Shown here piece after piece: positions 53,670 to 64,000 of a stretch of 64,000 bases of DNA. Every line of letters starts with the position of its first letter. Position 1 is the first letter of the stretch. The DNA is from an uncultured Planctomycetaceae bacterium (lineage in GTDB: Bacteria; Planctomycetota; Planctomycetia; Isosphaerales; Isosphaeraceae): contig CAWIAD010000002.1 of the NCBI GenBank assembly GCA_963833985.1, positions 704,001 through 768,000 on the forward strand. Reading direction: 5' to 3'. The notes beneath the pieces were generated by a model. That model was not told the DNA's origin. It saw nothing but the letters and a program-made list of their open reading frames with translations, and did not search any database. The position numbers and the translations under genes are program-made.

Positions 53670-56459
53670 TCACCGTCCTGGACGGCGCGACAGGGCAATG
53701 AGCATTGACGCCCTGAGCGACTTTGCGTGTGCCGGCGCACCGGGATCCGGGAAGACCTGGCCGTAGCCGTGGAACTTGACGCGCAGGTCACCGCCGGGCG
53801 TGCCGTCAAAGTTGCCGTCGAGCAGTCGTCCGGCAGGATCAGCCACTCCACCCTTGGACGACCCGCGGAGGATGATCTGATATGTGAACCAGTTGTGGAA
53901 ATCGAGCAACCGGCGGGGTCGTAGCGTGACGGAATACGAGGTGGAGTCGTAACGTGCCCAGGAGAGCGGGATGGCGCGAGAACCGGGCGCCGGGCCGGTC
54001 AGACGGTAATTCGCGGGATTGCTGGCGGTCGTCGGGTCGAGTGCCGCGTCAAAAGTCAGGACCAAGGTTGTTGGCTGGCGATGGTAGCCGAAGCGTTCGA
54101 TCTGGAGCAGGTGTGGACCGTCGGGCGTTGGGCCGGGAAGTGGGACAGGACGGCTCACGACCGGAGTGCTCAAGCTGGCGCTGTTGTCGTCCGGGTTGGC
54201 ATCGGTCTCAGCGGGGTTCACATGGACCAAATCGAACAAGCTGCCGGACGAGGCGGAGACGGAGATGGTGATCGTCACCGTGGCACTCGCGCCAGGGGAC
54301 AGCTTGCCCAACGCCGCCGAAACCGTGCCGGGCGACGGTGTCCATGAACCCTGGCTGGCGGACGCTGAGATGAGCTGCGCTGCGGCCGGCAGCCAGTTCT
54401 GAAGTGTCACGCCGGTGGCGGAACCGGGGCCATGATTGGCGACGGTGATGGTGTAGACAAACTGTTGACCATCAAGTACCGGGCCCGGAGGCGCGGACAG
54501 CGTGACGGCAAGATCGGGGTTGGGCTGTGGTTGCGGTGCAGGTTGGACAATCGTGGTCTGACTGGCGTTGTTGTTTTCCGGATCGGGATCGGGTGCGCCG
54601 CTGGGGTCACCCGTGATGACGACCGAGTTCGTCAGCGTGCCTGCCAGCGCCGACTTCACCTGGATCTGGATTGTCCTGGTCGCCTTACCGGCCAGGGAGC
54701 CCAGTGCGAAGGTCAAGATCCGTCCTTGCTGCGCGGTCGGTGCGGGATCGGCGGAGACGAACGTCACACCGGCGGGCAAGGTGTCCGTCAGGGTCACACC
54801 GGAAGCCGTGTCCGGGCCCAGGTTCTCGAGCTTCAGCATGTAGTCAAACGAGTCCCCTAGGGTCAGCGGGCCGGCCGGTGCCGAGCCGGTGACCGAGAGA
54901 TCGGCAGAGGACAGTTGCGTCTTACCTGTTGCCTGAAAGAACTGGGAGAACTCCGAGGTGTTGCCATTCGGGTCAATGGCCGTGGCCGAGACATACTGGC
55001 CCGCGGGTACAGTGACAGGGAACGTGACGGTGAAGCTGGCATTCCCATCGGCCCCGGTATCGACCGACGTCGAGCCGAGTAGTACCGTCCCGTCTCCCGC
55101 GCCGGAAGAAGGTGCATTCGGGCTCGAGAAGAACTGGATGTTGATCCCCTTGGTGTTCGGGTTGGTGTTGATCTTGCCGACGATCGTGGTCCCGGCCTCG
55201 GTGCTCTGGACACTCGTCAGTACGGGGAAATTCTGGAGATTATCAGCGCCCGTATCCGCGTCGAGCCCGTCGTTTGGATCATGCAGTGGATATTCCTGGT
55301 TGCCCAGCTTGATGGCCAGCAGCCCGCAGTTGAAGATCCGGTTTGACACGACCGCGTCACCTGTGGATTGATCGATCTGCACGCCATAGCCAAGCCCCTT
55401 GATGTCCACGCCGCTGAAGGCAATGGTGTTGGCAGCGCCCGCGGCTGTGCCTCCCAATGTGTTGTTGCTGGCGTCAAAGAAGGAGACTCCACCGTCACCG
55501 TTGCCCAGACCGTCGATCCCGGCTTTATTGGTGCCGATGAAATTCCCCTCGATGAGGTTTCCCGAGGTCGGATCAGGGAACGCCCCGGTGTACTCGGACC
55601 CATTGACGGCGATTCCCCAGCTGCCGCCCGCGATCACGTTGGCCGCTCCTGAAACCGTGCCGCCGATCGTATTTCCCATGGAGTGGTAAATGAGGATGCC
55701 GTCGCTGAACTGCCCGAGGACTTTTGTCCCCGTGAGGTCCGTACCGATGAGGTTCCCCTCTACAAGATTGTTCATATCCGGATATGTATTCCCATTCTGG
55801 GTGTACCCTTCGATCTCGATTCCATAGGTACCCCGGCCACCCGCGATCATGTTGCGATCGGCCGGGGCGACGCCGCCGATGGTATTGTTCGACGAACTCG
55901 CTGAGATCGCATACATGTAGCCGTTGACACCAGTGCCATCAGCCGGGTTGAAACCGAAGAAATCGCCGCTGATCGTGTCGCCTCCCGGTTCCTCGATATC
56001 GACTCCCAGGCCGTTGGCGCCCAGCACCGATTGGCTAAAGTTGAAGATCAGGCCGCGCACTGCGATGCCTTGCGACGCGAGCAAGAGGCCGCGTGACGGG
56101 TCCTGTTCACTCTTGGCACTGCTCAGCTCGATGAGCGGGGTGGCGTTGTCGCCATCTGTGAGGGTATTGGCATGTGATCCTGGTTGGGTATAGCCGTCGA
56201 TTGTCAAAGGCACGGTGATCGTTGGCAGTTGATACACCGGGGCGATCTCGTGTATGCCCGATCCCGGGATGTTGAACGCGATGGTATCGCCCGCCTTGGC
56301 GTCGAGGATCGCCTGGCGGAGCGTGCCGGCTCCGGAATCATCCGTGGTGGTCACGGTCAGCGTTGAGAGCAAGGTGCGCGGCTCCATCCATTCAAGGCGG
56401 GGACGACGCTTCCGTGATCGTCGGGACTTCAAGCACGCCGCCTGTGTAAGCCGTGTCAT
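53670..56459 (-). CDS. Large extracellular protein with planctomycete leader, beta-helix region and two DUF11 domains
   Basis: RRPRLEWMEPRTLL leader; DDSGAGTLRQAI; GNxIG repeats; GNTSEFS; two DLxV...NxGP..A.GVTL...NN.A units. Confidence 0.85.
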   Translation of the reverse strand: MTRLTQAACLKSRRSRKRRPRLEWMEPRTLLSTLTVTTTDDSGAGTLRQAILDAKAGDTIAFNIPGSGIHEIAPVYQLPTITVPLTIDGYTQPGSHANTLTDGDNATPLIELSSAKSEQDPSRGLLLASQGIAVRGLIFNFSQSVLGANGLGVDIEEPGGDTISGDFFGFNPADGTGVNGYMYAISASSSNNTIGGVAPADRNMIAGGRGTYGIEIEGYTQNGNTYPDMNNLVEGNLIGTDLTGTKVLGQFSDGILIYHSMGNTIGGTVSGAANVIAGGSWGIAVNGSEYTGAFPDPTSGNLIEGNFIGTNKAGIDGLGNGDGGVSFFDASNNTLGGTAAGAANTIAFSGVDIKGLGYGVQIDQSTGDAVVSNRIFNCGLLAIKLGNQEYPLHDPNDGLDADTGADNLQNFPVLTSVQSTEAGTTIVGKINTNPNTKGINIQFFSSPNAPSSGAGDGTVLLGSTSVDTGADGNASFTVTFPVTVPAGQYVSATAIDPNGNTSEFSQFFQATGKTQLSSADLSVTGSAPAGPLTLGDSFDYMLKLENLGPDTASGVTLTDTLPAGVTFVSADPAPTAQQGRILTFALGSLAGKATRTIQIQVKSALAGTLTNSVVITGDPSGAPDPDPENNNASQTTIVQPAPQPQPNPDLAVTLSAPPGPVLDGQQFVYTITVANHGPGSATGVTLQNWLPAAAQLISASASQGSWTPSPGTVSAALGKLSPGASATVTITISVSASSGSLFDLVHVNPAETDANPDDNSASLSTPVVSRPVPLPGPTPDGPHLLQIERFGYHRQPTTLVLTFDAALDPTTASNPANYRLTGPAPGSRAIPLSWARYDSTSYSVTLRPRRLLDFHNWFTYQIILRGSSKGGVADPAGRLLDGNFDGTPGGDLRVKFHGYGQVFPDPGAPAHAKSLRASMLIALSRRPGR

Positions 56460-56872
56460 GAGATTTCATCTTCAGCAAACGTTGAAGGTACGTTCACGCG
56501 GTTTCTATGTGGATGCAGCGCATACGACGAACCTGTCGCCGGCGCCGCGGGTGCGCCTTGCATGCCCCTTTGGTGCGATAGCCTTGACGTGATCGCCAAC
56601 GGTGCGGCGCGCCGCGCTGAGGCGGTTGCCGGGACGGCTTCCGGCTGAAATGCCACGCATGACCTGCCTTCATGGCCGTCTCGTAGGCCTCTACCCGTTT
56701 GATCCGCGATGGCCGAAAATGCATGCCAGGAATCTTGCTTTTCGTCCGGCCGGGTTCGGTACGAGCGTGTCTTCGTTGATGAATGGAAGAGACGGGGTGA
56801 ACGTGGCTGGCTGGAAAAAATGGAATACCGGCCCGGGGCCTGCCCCTTGATGGACTGGCGGAGAACCTCGCA

Positions 56873-57505
56873 ATGGTCAAGCTCGACGACAGTCGCAACC
56901 TTGCGCACTGGCTCGCATCACTCAGGGCGGGCGATCCCGAAGCCGCGCCCAGGTTGTGGAAGCGTTACTTCAAGCCGCTGGTGCAGGTGGCCCGCCTCTC
57001 GCTTCGAGGAGGGCCGCGAGCCGTCGCTGACGAGGAGGACGCTGCACTGGATGCTCTGGATAGCTTCCTTCGGGGCGTGGCCCGCGACCGTTATCCTGAG
57101 CTTGATGACAGTGAGGATCTCTGGCGATTGCTCGTGGTGATCACCCGGCGCAAAGTCCTCGACCAGGTCCAGCGTGAACGGCAGAAGAAGCGGGGTGGCG
57201 GACTGCGGATCGGCCCGCTGACTCTGCCTCTGGCCCGCGCACCCGGCAAGCCGCGACGATTGGAGGCTGCATCGTCCTCCGAGCGAACGCCCGAATATGC
57301 CGCCATGATGGTCGAAGAGTACCGCATCCTGGTCACGAGGCTTCCTGATCCAAGGCTACGTCAGGTCGCCCGCCTGAGACTTGACGGCTTCACAAGCGAG
57401 GAGATCGCCGGCCAGCTTGGTTGCAGTGTTCGAAGCGTTGCACGGCGGGTGGATGAAATTCGCAAGATCTGGCTCGAGGAGGATGACCGCGCCGGCCGCG
57501 ATTGA
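56873..57505 (+). CDS. ECF-type RNA polymerase sigma factor (planctomycete type)
   Basis: LRAGDPEAA..LWKRYF, ADEEDAAL, DLWRLLVVIT.RK, KRGGG, EEIAGQLGCSVRSV.R. Confidence 0.88.
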   Translation: MVKLDDSRNLAHWLASLRAGDPEAAPRLWKRYFKPLVQVARLSLRGGPRAVADEEDAALDALDSFLRGVARDRYPELDDSEDLWRLLVVITRRKVLDQVQRERQKKRGGGLRIGPLTLPLARAPGKPRRLEAASSSERTPEYAAMMVEEYRILVTRLPDPRLRQVARLRLDGFTSEEIAGQLGCSVRSVARRVDEIRKIWLEEDDRAGRD

Positions 57506-57567
57506 AGTTGACGATGACCCCGATGTCGACCATGCTGGACGCATCCGAACATACGGGGGATTCATTG

Positions 57568-58560
57568 ATGAGCGATGGTGGGCGCTGGTTCCGATGGTCA
57601 GGGCGGAAGCTGCGCTGGCTTTGCACGATCGGGATCGTCGTGCTGGTCTGGTTCCTGGTCTCGTTTGCTCTCGCGTTCCGGCTCACTCACAGGGCGCGGC
57701 CGCCGTTCGCTCAACCGGCCCCGCGTGTGGCCTGGGGAACCATCGAGGACCACCGACTCCGAACCTGCGACCACCAGGAGGTCGGGGCCTGGTTCGTCGA
57801 CGGCAAGGACAATGGGCACGCACCGCAGGTTCTGCTGTTGCACGGCAACAAGGGCAACCGCGCGAACCTGCTCCAGCGCGCGGAGTTCCTGGCCGCGGCC
57901 GGCTCACCGGTGCTCATGATCTCATTGCGGGCGCATGGCGACTCCACGGGCGACCTTAATGACATGGGGTACAGTGCGCGTCACGACGTGGTGGCTGCCG
58001 TCTCATTCCTCGAAGCACGGCATCCGGGCCGGCCGATCGTGGTGATGGGAGTGTCGCTCGGTTCGTCGGCGGCGGTCTTCGCAGCGCCGGAGCTGGGCCG
58101 CAGAGTTCAAGGCTATGTTCTGGAGAGTCCCTACCGGGACCTCAAGACCGCCGTCTGGAACCGGACGCATGCGTACCTGCCGCCTGTTCTGGCGGAGCTT
58201 GGCTACGCCGGTCTGCGGCTGGCTGCCCCGCTCGTCCTGCCGCACTTCGAGGCGATCTCACCGCTCCTGGCCATTGGCGGCATACCAGCCGACGTTCCCG
58301 TGTTGATCATCGCCGGAGCGAACGACCTGCTGGCACGGCCGGCCGAGGCGAGAGCACTATTGGAACGTGTCGCCGGGCACGGGCGTTTGTGTCTCTTTTC
58401 AAGCGCTGGCCATAACAACCTGTTTTCATCGGCCCCGGATCGCTACCGGCGCATGGTCCTCGAGTTTATCGGTACAGTCCGCCCTGGCGACCCGGCCGGT
58501 AATGCGCAAGATCCTGAGGTCGTCTGTCCGGCTCCAGGCGTCGAATCAGGGCTGCCTTGA
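57568..58560 (+). CDS. Membrane-anchored alpha/beta hydrolase
   Basis: N-terminal TM; LLLHG, RAHGDS, GVSLG, LESPY, AGHNNL. Confidence 0.88.
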   Translation: MSDGGRWFRWSGRKLRWLCTIGIVVLVWFLVSFALAFRLTHRARPPFAQPAPRVAWGTIEDHRLRTCDHQEVGAWFVDGKDNGHAPQVLLLHGNKGNRANLLQRAEFLAAAGSPVLMISLRAHGDSTGDLNDMGYSARHDVVAAVSFLEARHPGRPIVVMGVSLGSSAAVFAAPELGRRVQGYVLESPYRDLKTAVWNRTHAYLPPVLAELGYAGLRLAAPLVLPHFEAISPLLAIGGIPADVPVLIIAGANDLLARPAEARALLERVAGHGRLCLFSSAGHNNLFSSAPDRYRRMVLEFIGTVRPGDPAGNAQDPEVVCPAPGVESGLP

Positions 58561-58674
58561 TGCAGACGGTACTTCGACTCCGCTCATTCTCTCCTTCATC
58601 AGCCGTTCCATGTCATGTATCATCAAAGAGCAAAGAGCCCGACGGGACTGTGATTCTCAAGGCAGCCTTCGATC

Positions 58675-59871
58675 ATGCCAACTCGTCTGAAAAACCTACA
58701 GATCACAAACTATCGCTCGCTGGCTGATGTTTCGCTGCCCCTTGAGCCCGTGAATGTCTTGTTCGGGCCCAATGGCGCAGGAAAGTCGACTCTCCTGGAC
58801 ATGATCTGGTTCGTGCGCGATTGTGCGATCCGGAGCGTGGAGCTGGCCTCAACCAATCGCGATCACGGTATCGGCCTCCTCTTCGATGGGGCCGACGAGG
58901 GCGATCCGATCCGACTGAAACTCGCGACCGACCAGATCGAATACGAGTTGCAGCTCAGCATGTCCGCTGGCCGGATCGAGCCGTTCGCGGGTGAGCGGCT
59001 CTTCTCTCTTGACCGTGACAGGGTCTTGCTGGAGCGCCGGGCAGGTACGTCAAAGGCAGAGTTTTTCCACATCCGCTTCGATCAGGTAGCGACATTTGAC
59101 CTCCGCGAGCCCGAAAAAATCTCGCTGGGCCGTTATCTTGACTTCGAGCCCGAGTGCGAGGAAGCGATCGAGCTGGATCGAATTCTTCATTTCGTCCATT
59201 CCTACCATTCGCGGTCCTTCAATTTGTGGGGTCTCAAGAAGCACGGTTCAACCACTGGGTTCGAAACCTGGGTCAGAGGACGGGGTGAGAACCTCTGGTC
59301 GGTCCTGCGCAACCTCGAAGGCCGCCGACAGCTCGACGATCGATACGCCACGATCTTGGGGTACATGGCCGAAGCTTTCCCTGGCTTCGACGGCTTGGTC
59401 ATCGAGCCATCAAGTCCCAATACGCTCTATGCAAGCTTTCTGGAACGTGGGCGCCAAAAGCCGATACTCGCCTCGGGAATCTCCGATGGGCATCTTCAGT
59501 TGCTTATCCTGCTGACGGCGCTGTTCTCGGAAGGCCGAGATCGTTATTCATTGATGTTGATAGATGAGCCTGAGACGTCGCTCCACCCCTGGGCAATCGC
59601 GGTCCTCGCCAAGGCAATCAAACAGGCGACAGAGGAGTGGGGAAAACAGGTTCTCGTGGCGACCCACTCACCCGTATTGATGAGTCAGTTTGACCCAGAC
59701 CAGATACTGACCGTCGAACAAGCAGACGGAAGAACCCGAATCACCCGCCTGAGCGATATTGAAGAAATCAAGGATCTCTTGCAGGAGTACGCTCCCGGCT
59801 CCCTCTATATGAGCGAAGTGATCGGCGCACAAAGCAAAATTGTTGTTCCCCCAGCGCCAGGCGAAAGATGA
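58675..59871 (+). CDS. ABC-type ATPase (AAA_21-like)
   Basis: NYRSL, GPNGAGKS, ISDG, LIDEPETSLHP, ATHS. Confidence 0.9.
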   Translation: MPTRLKNLQITNYRSLADVSLPLEPVNVLFGPNGAGKSTLLDMIWFVRDCAIRSVELASTNRDHGIGLLFDGADEGDPIRLKLATDQIEYELQLSMSAGRIEPFAGERLFSLDRDRVLLERRAGTSKAEFFHIRFDQVATFDLREPEKISLGRYLDFEPECEEAIELDRILHFVHSYHSRSFNLWGLKKHGSTTGFETWVRGRGENLWSVLRNLEGRRQLDDRYATILGYMAEAFPGFDGLVIEPSSPNTLYASFLERGRQKPILASGISDGHLQLLILLTALFSEGRDRYSLMLIDEPETSLHPWAIAVLAKAIKQATEEWGKQVLVATHSPVLMSQFDPDQILTVEQADGRTRITRLSDIEEIKDLLQEYAPGSLYMSEVIGAQSKIVVPPAPGER

Positions 59872-60623
59872 CGCATTCCTCAACCTGGTCCTTTTATCGG
59901 GTATCGCTTCTGGTCACAGGCAAGGGGGAGGAGGAGTTCCTGCCGAAGCTCTTTCGGTCGCTCGAAGCTGAAGGGCACTGCGCCTTCCGAGTTGCCAGGC
60001 GAATTCCCCAGCTCCGCCCTATCACGTCAGCAAGAAAAAAGGAGAGGATGGTCGGCACCGGTCAACGGATCGCCGACAGGGACGAGGAAATTGCTTTGTC
60101 CGCACGGCGGTATCTTTCCGGCGGGTTTGATTACCTCATCATCGTCGACGATCTGGAGCACGACCACAGGGAGAAAGCCGCGGAAGTCTTCCGGAGATAC
60201 CGCCTGGCGCTCGACACGATCCTGGATCCCATGGGATGGAAAGATCGGGCCTCGGTCCACTTCCTCGTCAATATGCTGGAAGCTTACTACTTCGCCGATG
60301 CTGCCGCGATCAATCGTGTCCTGGGGACGGAGCTGGTGGACCACGTCGGAGATGTTGAAACGATCCGCCATCCCAAGAACGATCTCAAGAAGATCATTCT
60401 CGGATTCGACGAGATCAAACACGGACGGTCGATTCTCGAACAGCTTAACGTGATCCACGTGCTCTCGAGTCCGTCAACCTGCCGGTCGTTGCGCACCTTG
60501 TTTGGCTGGTGCTCAAAGGCGATCGGGCGAGAGTTCACAGACGTGTACGAACTCAGGAACGGGTGTTATTTCGAGGTGACTCGGCCGCAGATCGACTCGC
60601 TTTCCGACTCCTCACCTGTTTGA
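59868..60623 (+). CDS. DUF4276-like protein
   Basis: ATGA-coupled to the ATPase; LLVTGKGEEEFL, IIVDDLE, MLEAYYFAD, ETIRHPK. Confidence 0.7.
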   Translation: MTHSSTWSFYRVSLLVTGKGEEEFLPKLFRSLEAEGHCAFRVARRIPQLRPITSARKKERMVGTGQRIADRDEEIALSARRYLSGGFDYLIIVDDLEHDHREKAAEVFRRYRLALDTILDPMGWKDRASVHFLVNMLEAYYFADAAAINRVLGTELVDHVGDVETIRHPKNDLKKIILGFDEIKHGRSILEQLNVIHVLSSPSTCRSLRTLFGWCSKAIGREFTDVYELRNGCYFEVTRPQIDSLSDSSPV

Positions 60624-60640
60624 CACTCGTTTATCGAATG

Positions 60641-61492
60641 TCAGACCGGACCCTTCTTGGGTTGCCTTCGCCCCTTACCGCCGGCCATCGGCTCGACGCC
60701 GCCTTCGAGCGACTGGCCCACCTTCGCGGCCGCCAGGCGTGCTTCAATGGCCGCGGCGTAATCAGGGGAAAGCTCGAAACCGAGGAACCGGCGGTCCAGC
60801 TTCCTGGCGACGGTCAGCGTCGTGCCGCTGCCGCCGAAGGGGTCGAGCACGGTCTCACCCGGGTTCGAGCAGCCGCGGATGATGCGGCCCAGGAGCTGCT
60901 CGGGCATCTGGCAGCCGTGCCAGCCCGCGCGCTCCTTGAAGGTGCCGCAGACGCGGGGGAAGTACCAGGTGTCGCTCTCCGCTGCAAAGCCGCTGGGAAC
61001 GTCCTGCGGCCTGAGGATCCAGGTGTCGTCGGGCAGCCGGCCTTCCGGGTTGGCCCGCGCGTCGAAGTAGACGAGCTGCCGCGCCGAGGGGACGCGCACC
61101 TGCTGGTCGTTGAAAGTAAAACGTTTGGGGTCCTTCACGAAGTAGAACAGGTGGGCGTGACTGCGGCTGAACTTCCTGGTGCAGTGGACCCCAAACGTAT
61201 AGTACCAGATCACCCAGCTTCGCAGCGAAAGCCCCAGCTCGCGATGGAAGAGGACCTTCAGCTCGGCGGCGTACTCGTCGCCGATCGCCAGCCAGAACGT
61301 GCCGTTGGGCTTGAGCGTACGAACGACCTCGCGGCCCCATAAACGGGTCCACTCGAGGTAGGCCTCGGCCTCGCGGCGGTCGTCGTAGATATCGTAATCA
61401 TAGCCGATGTTGAAGGGCGGATCGGCGAAAACGAGGTCGATCGAACCCGACGCAACCCGCGGGAACAGTTCCAGGCAGTCTCCCGCATACAA
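60641..61492 (-). CDS. Site-specific DNA methyltransferase (N4/N6, beta class); true start may be ~61592 via a frameshift
   Basis: Motif IV DPPF precedes motif [12 protein letters not shown]. Confidence 0.9.
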   Translation of the reverse strand: MYAGDCLELFPRVASGSIDLVFADPPFNIGYDYDIYDDRREAEAYLEWTRLWGREVVRTLKPNGTFWLAIGDEYAAELKVLFHRELGLSLRSWVIWYYTFGVHCTRKFSRSHAHLFYFVKDPKRFTFNDQQVRVPSARQLVYFDARANPEGRLPDDTWILRPQDVPSGFAAESDTWYFPRVCGTFKERAGWHGCQMPEQLLGRIIRGCSNPGETVLDPFGGSGTTLTVARKLDRRFLGFELSPDYAAAIEARLAAAKVGQSLEGGVEPMAGGKGRRQPKKGPV

Positions 61493-61603
61493 CCGGTCGA
61501 AGGCCAGAACTTCGTTCGAACCCTGTTCGTGACGATGCGCTTTTCTTGGATGATGCTTCAGGCTGCGGGACGCTGGCTGGTGGCTGGCTCATGAGCTGCT
61601 CGA

Positions 61604-62818
61604 TCACTCCTCGTCGGAACTCGAATCCGGATCAATGGGACTGTTACCGTTGCTGTCCTCGTCGAGAGGTCCGCCATCGCCGTTACGATAGGGCCCGGCC
61701 GTGCCCGAGCCGGGAGCCGGCTCGTCGATGCGATACTCCGACAGCTTCTTGTGCAGCGTGTTGCGGTTGATGCCCAGCCGGGCGGCGGCCTTGATCTGAA
61801 CGCGGTCGCAGATCTGGAGCACCTGCTGAATCAATTCGCGCTCGACCTGGCCGACGATGCGGTCGTGCAGGTCGTTGGCGGACGGCCCGGCGTCACGGAC
61901 CCCCTGGCGAACGAGCTCGACCGTCAGGCTGCCGAAATCCGTGCTGCTGCTGCCGCGATGCCGGATCGGCCGAGGGGCAGGCTCGCCCCGGAGCTGGGGC
62001 GGCAGATGTTCGACCACAAGCTCGGGACCGGTCCCCAGGATGACCGCCCGTTCGACATAATTTTGCAGCTCCCGGACATTTCCTGGCCAGTCGTGCTCAC
62101 GCAGCCGGCGCATCGCTTCAGGATGGACCTTGCGCATCTCGCGCCTGTTCTGCTCGCCATAGCGCTTCAGGAAGAAGACCACCAGCGGCTCGACATCCTC
62201 ACGGCGATCACGCAGCGGAGGCAGGTAGATCGGCACCACATTGAGGCGGTAGTAGAGATCCTCGCGGAACCGGCCAGCGCCGATCTCGTCGAGCAGATCG
62301 CGGTTGGTCGCGGCGACGATGCGCGTATCAACCTTCTTGGTATTGTTGTCGCCGACCCGCTCGAACTCGCCCTCCTGGAGCACGCGCAGCAGCTTCACCT
62401 GAAGCTTGGGCGAGGTGCTGTTGATCTCGTCGAGGAAGATTGAGCCGGTGTGCGCGGCCTCGAACCGGCCGGTCCGGTTGTCGACGGCCCCGGTGAACGA
62501 ACCCTTGACGTGCCCGAAGAGCTCGCTTTCCAGCAGGCTTTCTGTGAGGGCACCGCAGTTCACGCGAATGTAAGGCCCTGTGGACCGCGGGCTCAGGTCG
62601 TGGATGGCCCGGGCGATCAGCTCCTTGCCGGTTCCGGTCTCGCCCACGATGAGGACGCAGGCCCGTGAGGGGGCCACCTGGCGCGTGGTCCGGAACACCT
62701 CGCGCATGGCCGTGCTTTCACCGAGGACGCCCGGCAGGCTTGGAATCGGCGAGGGATGGTCGCCGGCAGCCAGCGCCACAGTGTGTGCGGAGAAGCTCAT
62801 TCTGGTGTCGATGGCCAT
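61604..62818 (-). CDS. Sigma-54-dependent activator lacking an N-terminal sensory domain
   Basis: [43 protein letters not shown]. Confidence 0.92.
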   Translation of the reverse strand: MAIDTRMSFSAHTVALAAGDHPSPIPSLPGVLGESTAMREVFRTTRQVAPSRACVLIVGETGTGKELIARAIHDLSPRSTGPYIRVNCGALTESLLESELFGHVKGSFTGAVDNRTGRFEAAHTGSIFLDEINSTSPKLQVKLLRVLQEGEFERVGDNNTKKVDTRIVAATNRDLLDEIGAGRFREDLYYRLNVVPIYLPPLRDRREDVEPLVVFFLKRYGEQNRREMRKVHPEAMRRLREHDWPGNVRELQNYVERAVILGTGPELVVEHLPPQLRGEPAPRPIRHRGSSSTDFGSLTVELVRQGVRDAGPSANDLHDRIVGQVERELIQQVLQICDRVQIKAAARLGINRNTLHKKLSEYRIDEPAPGSGTAGPYRNGDGGPLDEDSNGNSPIDPDSSSDEE

Positions 62819-62908
62819 GGACGCTGAACTTTCACGAAAACTCAGAGGCGGCCGCGAGAGTCAGCGAGGCGCCCGGCATCGCCAGCCACCCCCTGACATC
62901 GAACAGGC

Positions 62909-64000
62909 TCAAGGTTGTGGATTCGCTGCCGGCGCGGGGTTTGCTGAAGCCGGGGTCGGGGCTGCGGGCCGGAACGCCGGCGCGGCTCGACGGATCGATG
63001 ATTGCTGACTCTGTGATTGCAGTGCGGTGATGATCGTCCCCAGCGCGGCCCGGAGCTGGGGATCCTCTTCCGACTGGTATTCCGAGGCGAGGCGGGCCTC
63101 CTGGTTGGCCGTCACCGCGCACCGAAGCGCCGGATGCTGTGGGCGAGCTGCGAGACCGTCCCGCGGCGCAGCTCGGCCGGCTGCGACGGGTCGAGCACCA
63201 CGGCGGCCAGGCTGCGCTGGGCGTCCGGATGGGGCACATCCCCGAGCGCCAGTGCCGCCGCCAGACTGGTATCCGGCTGGTTCAAGGCAACGGTCAGCTC
63301 GGGCTCGACGGCATTCAGATCGGCCGCGAACGGGCTGGCGGGTTGCGCGGCGATCCGTGCCAGCAGTGCGGATGCTCCCAGGGCGTACACCGCGCGGTCC
63401 TGCGGGCTGAGCCGCGCCGGCCGGCCGCCGATCTGGCTCTCGAGGATGGCAGAGTCCGCCGGCTGCACCACGAACTTCACCCCCGGAAAGTGGACGGCCA
63501 GCCTGGCGCGGTCGCGCTCGTTGCTGAGCGGGCCGTAGATGTACACCGGCAAAGCCCTGGTTCGGGAATCGTGCTTTAAGTTGGTCAGGATATCGATCAG
63601 GTCCCAGCCGCCGTGTGCCTGGACAGGGCTCATCGCGACCACCTCGACATCAGCCGACTCGGCTGCGGCCTGAAAACCCTTGACGGCTTTGAGTTCGAGG
63701 ATCGGCTCATAGCCCAGCCCCATGAACGCGCCGGCAAGCTGTCCGCCGCGGGTCGGGTTGGGGTCGATGATCACGGCCTTGGGCGGGCGCTGCGCGATGG
63801 CAAACCGGGCCAGTGTGGGAACGACGTGGCTGGAGCCGGGGAAGGGCCGCCGGGGTGCCAGCTCCACGAGTGCCCTGGCGGCGGCGAACTTGGCGTGGGC
63901 TCCAGGCGCCGAGAGCGCCTCGACCAGCGGGTGGGGCCCGGCACTGCCGGAGAGCTGTTCCGGGCGCGTGACACGGCCCAGGGCGGTGGCCGACGCGGCC
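62909..64000 (-). CDS. HEAT-repeat-like protein, C-terminal part (frameshifted; continues beyond the window)
   Basis: Ala/Leu-rich helical repeats and a receiver-like segment, spread over several frames. Confidence 0.6.

Noticed and set aside
56709..56740. Sigma-54 promoter upstream of the DUF11 or ECF gene
   Set aside because: Near matches on both strands lack the invariant GG-N10-GC.
58675..61492. Classical restriction-modification system
   Set aside because: No recognisable restriction endonuclease or specificity subunit; the methyltransferase is convergent and appears linked to the upstream regulator.

Overview
High-GC bacterial DNA with strong Planctomycetota signatures, probably Isosphaeraceae-like (inference): two DUF1559 prepilin-like genes, an LEPRxLL-type exported protein, Tat-exported Gfo/Idh/MocA enzymes and a planctomycete-type ECF sigma factor. 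In order, the window holds: an exported EF-hand / ApbE-DUF2271 / PepSY cluster; a decayed MNT-HEPN locus; one palindromic REP-type element hit by two different IS elements; a sigma-54 activator divergent from a DUF1559-lipoprotein-sulfate ABC operon, with a clear -24/-12 promoter and three upstream palindromes; a complete che operon with a soluble GAF-PAS-GAF receptor, interrupted by repeat arrays and a GxxExxY cassette; an IS1634 element; two large paralogous exported proteins; a ~406 bp duplication around a RelE/ParE toxin-antitoxin pair; an ATPase + DUF4276-like pair; a DNA methyltransferase; and a second sigma-54 activator. The top finding is the gene after the two paralogs. Its apparent TGA stop (51211-51213) is followed in frame by G-T-F-C and 42 more codons and by a SECIS-like hairpin, which makes it a candidate exported selenoprotein with a UxxxC motif. 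Many genes carry single-base frameshifts, most likely uncorrected sequencing indels. Family assignments come from motif recognition by eye; no database searches were run.
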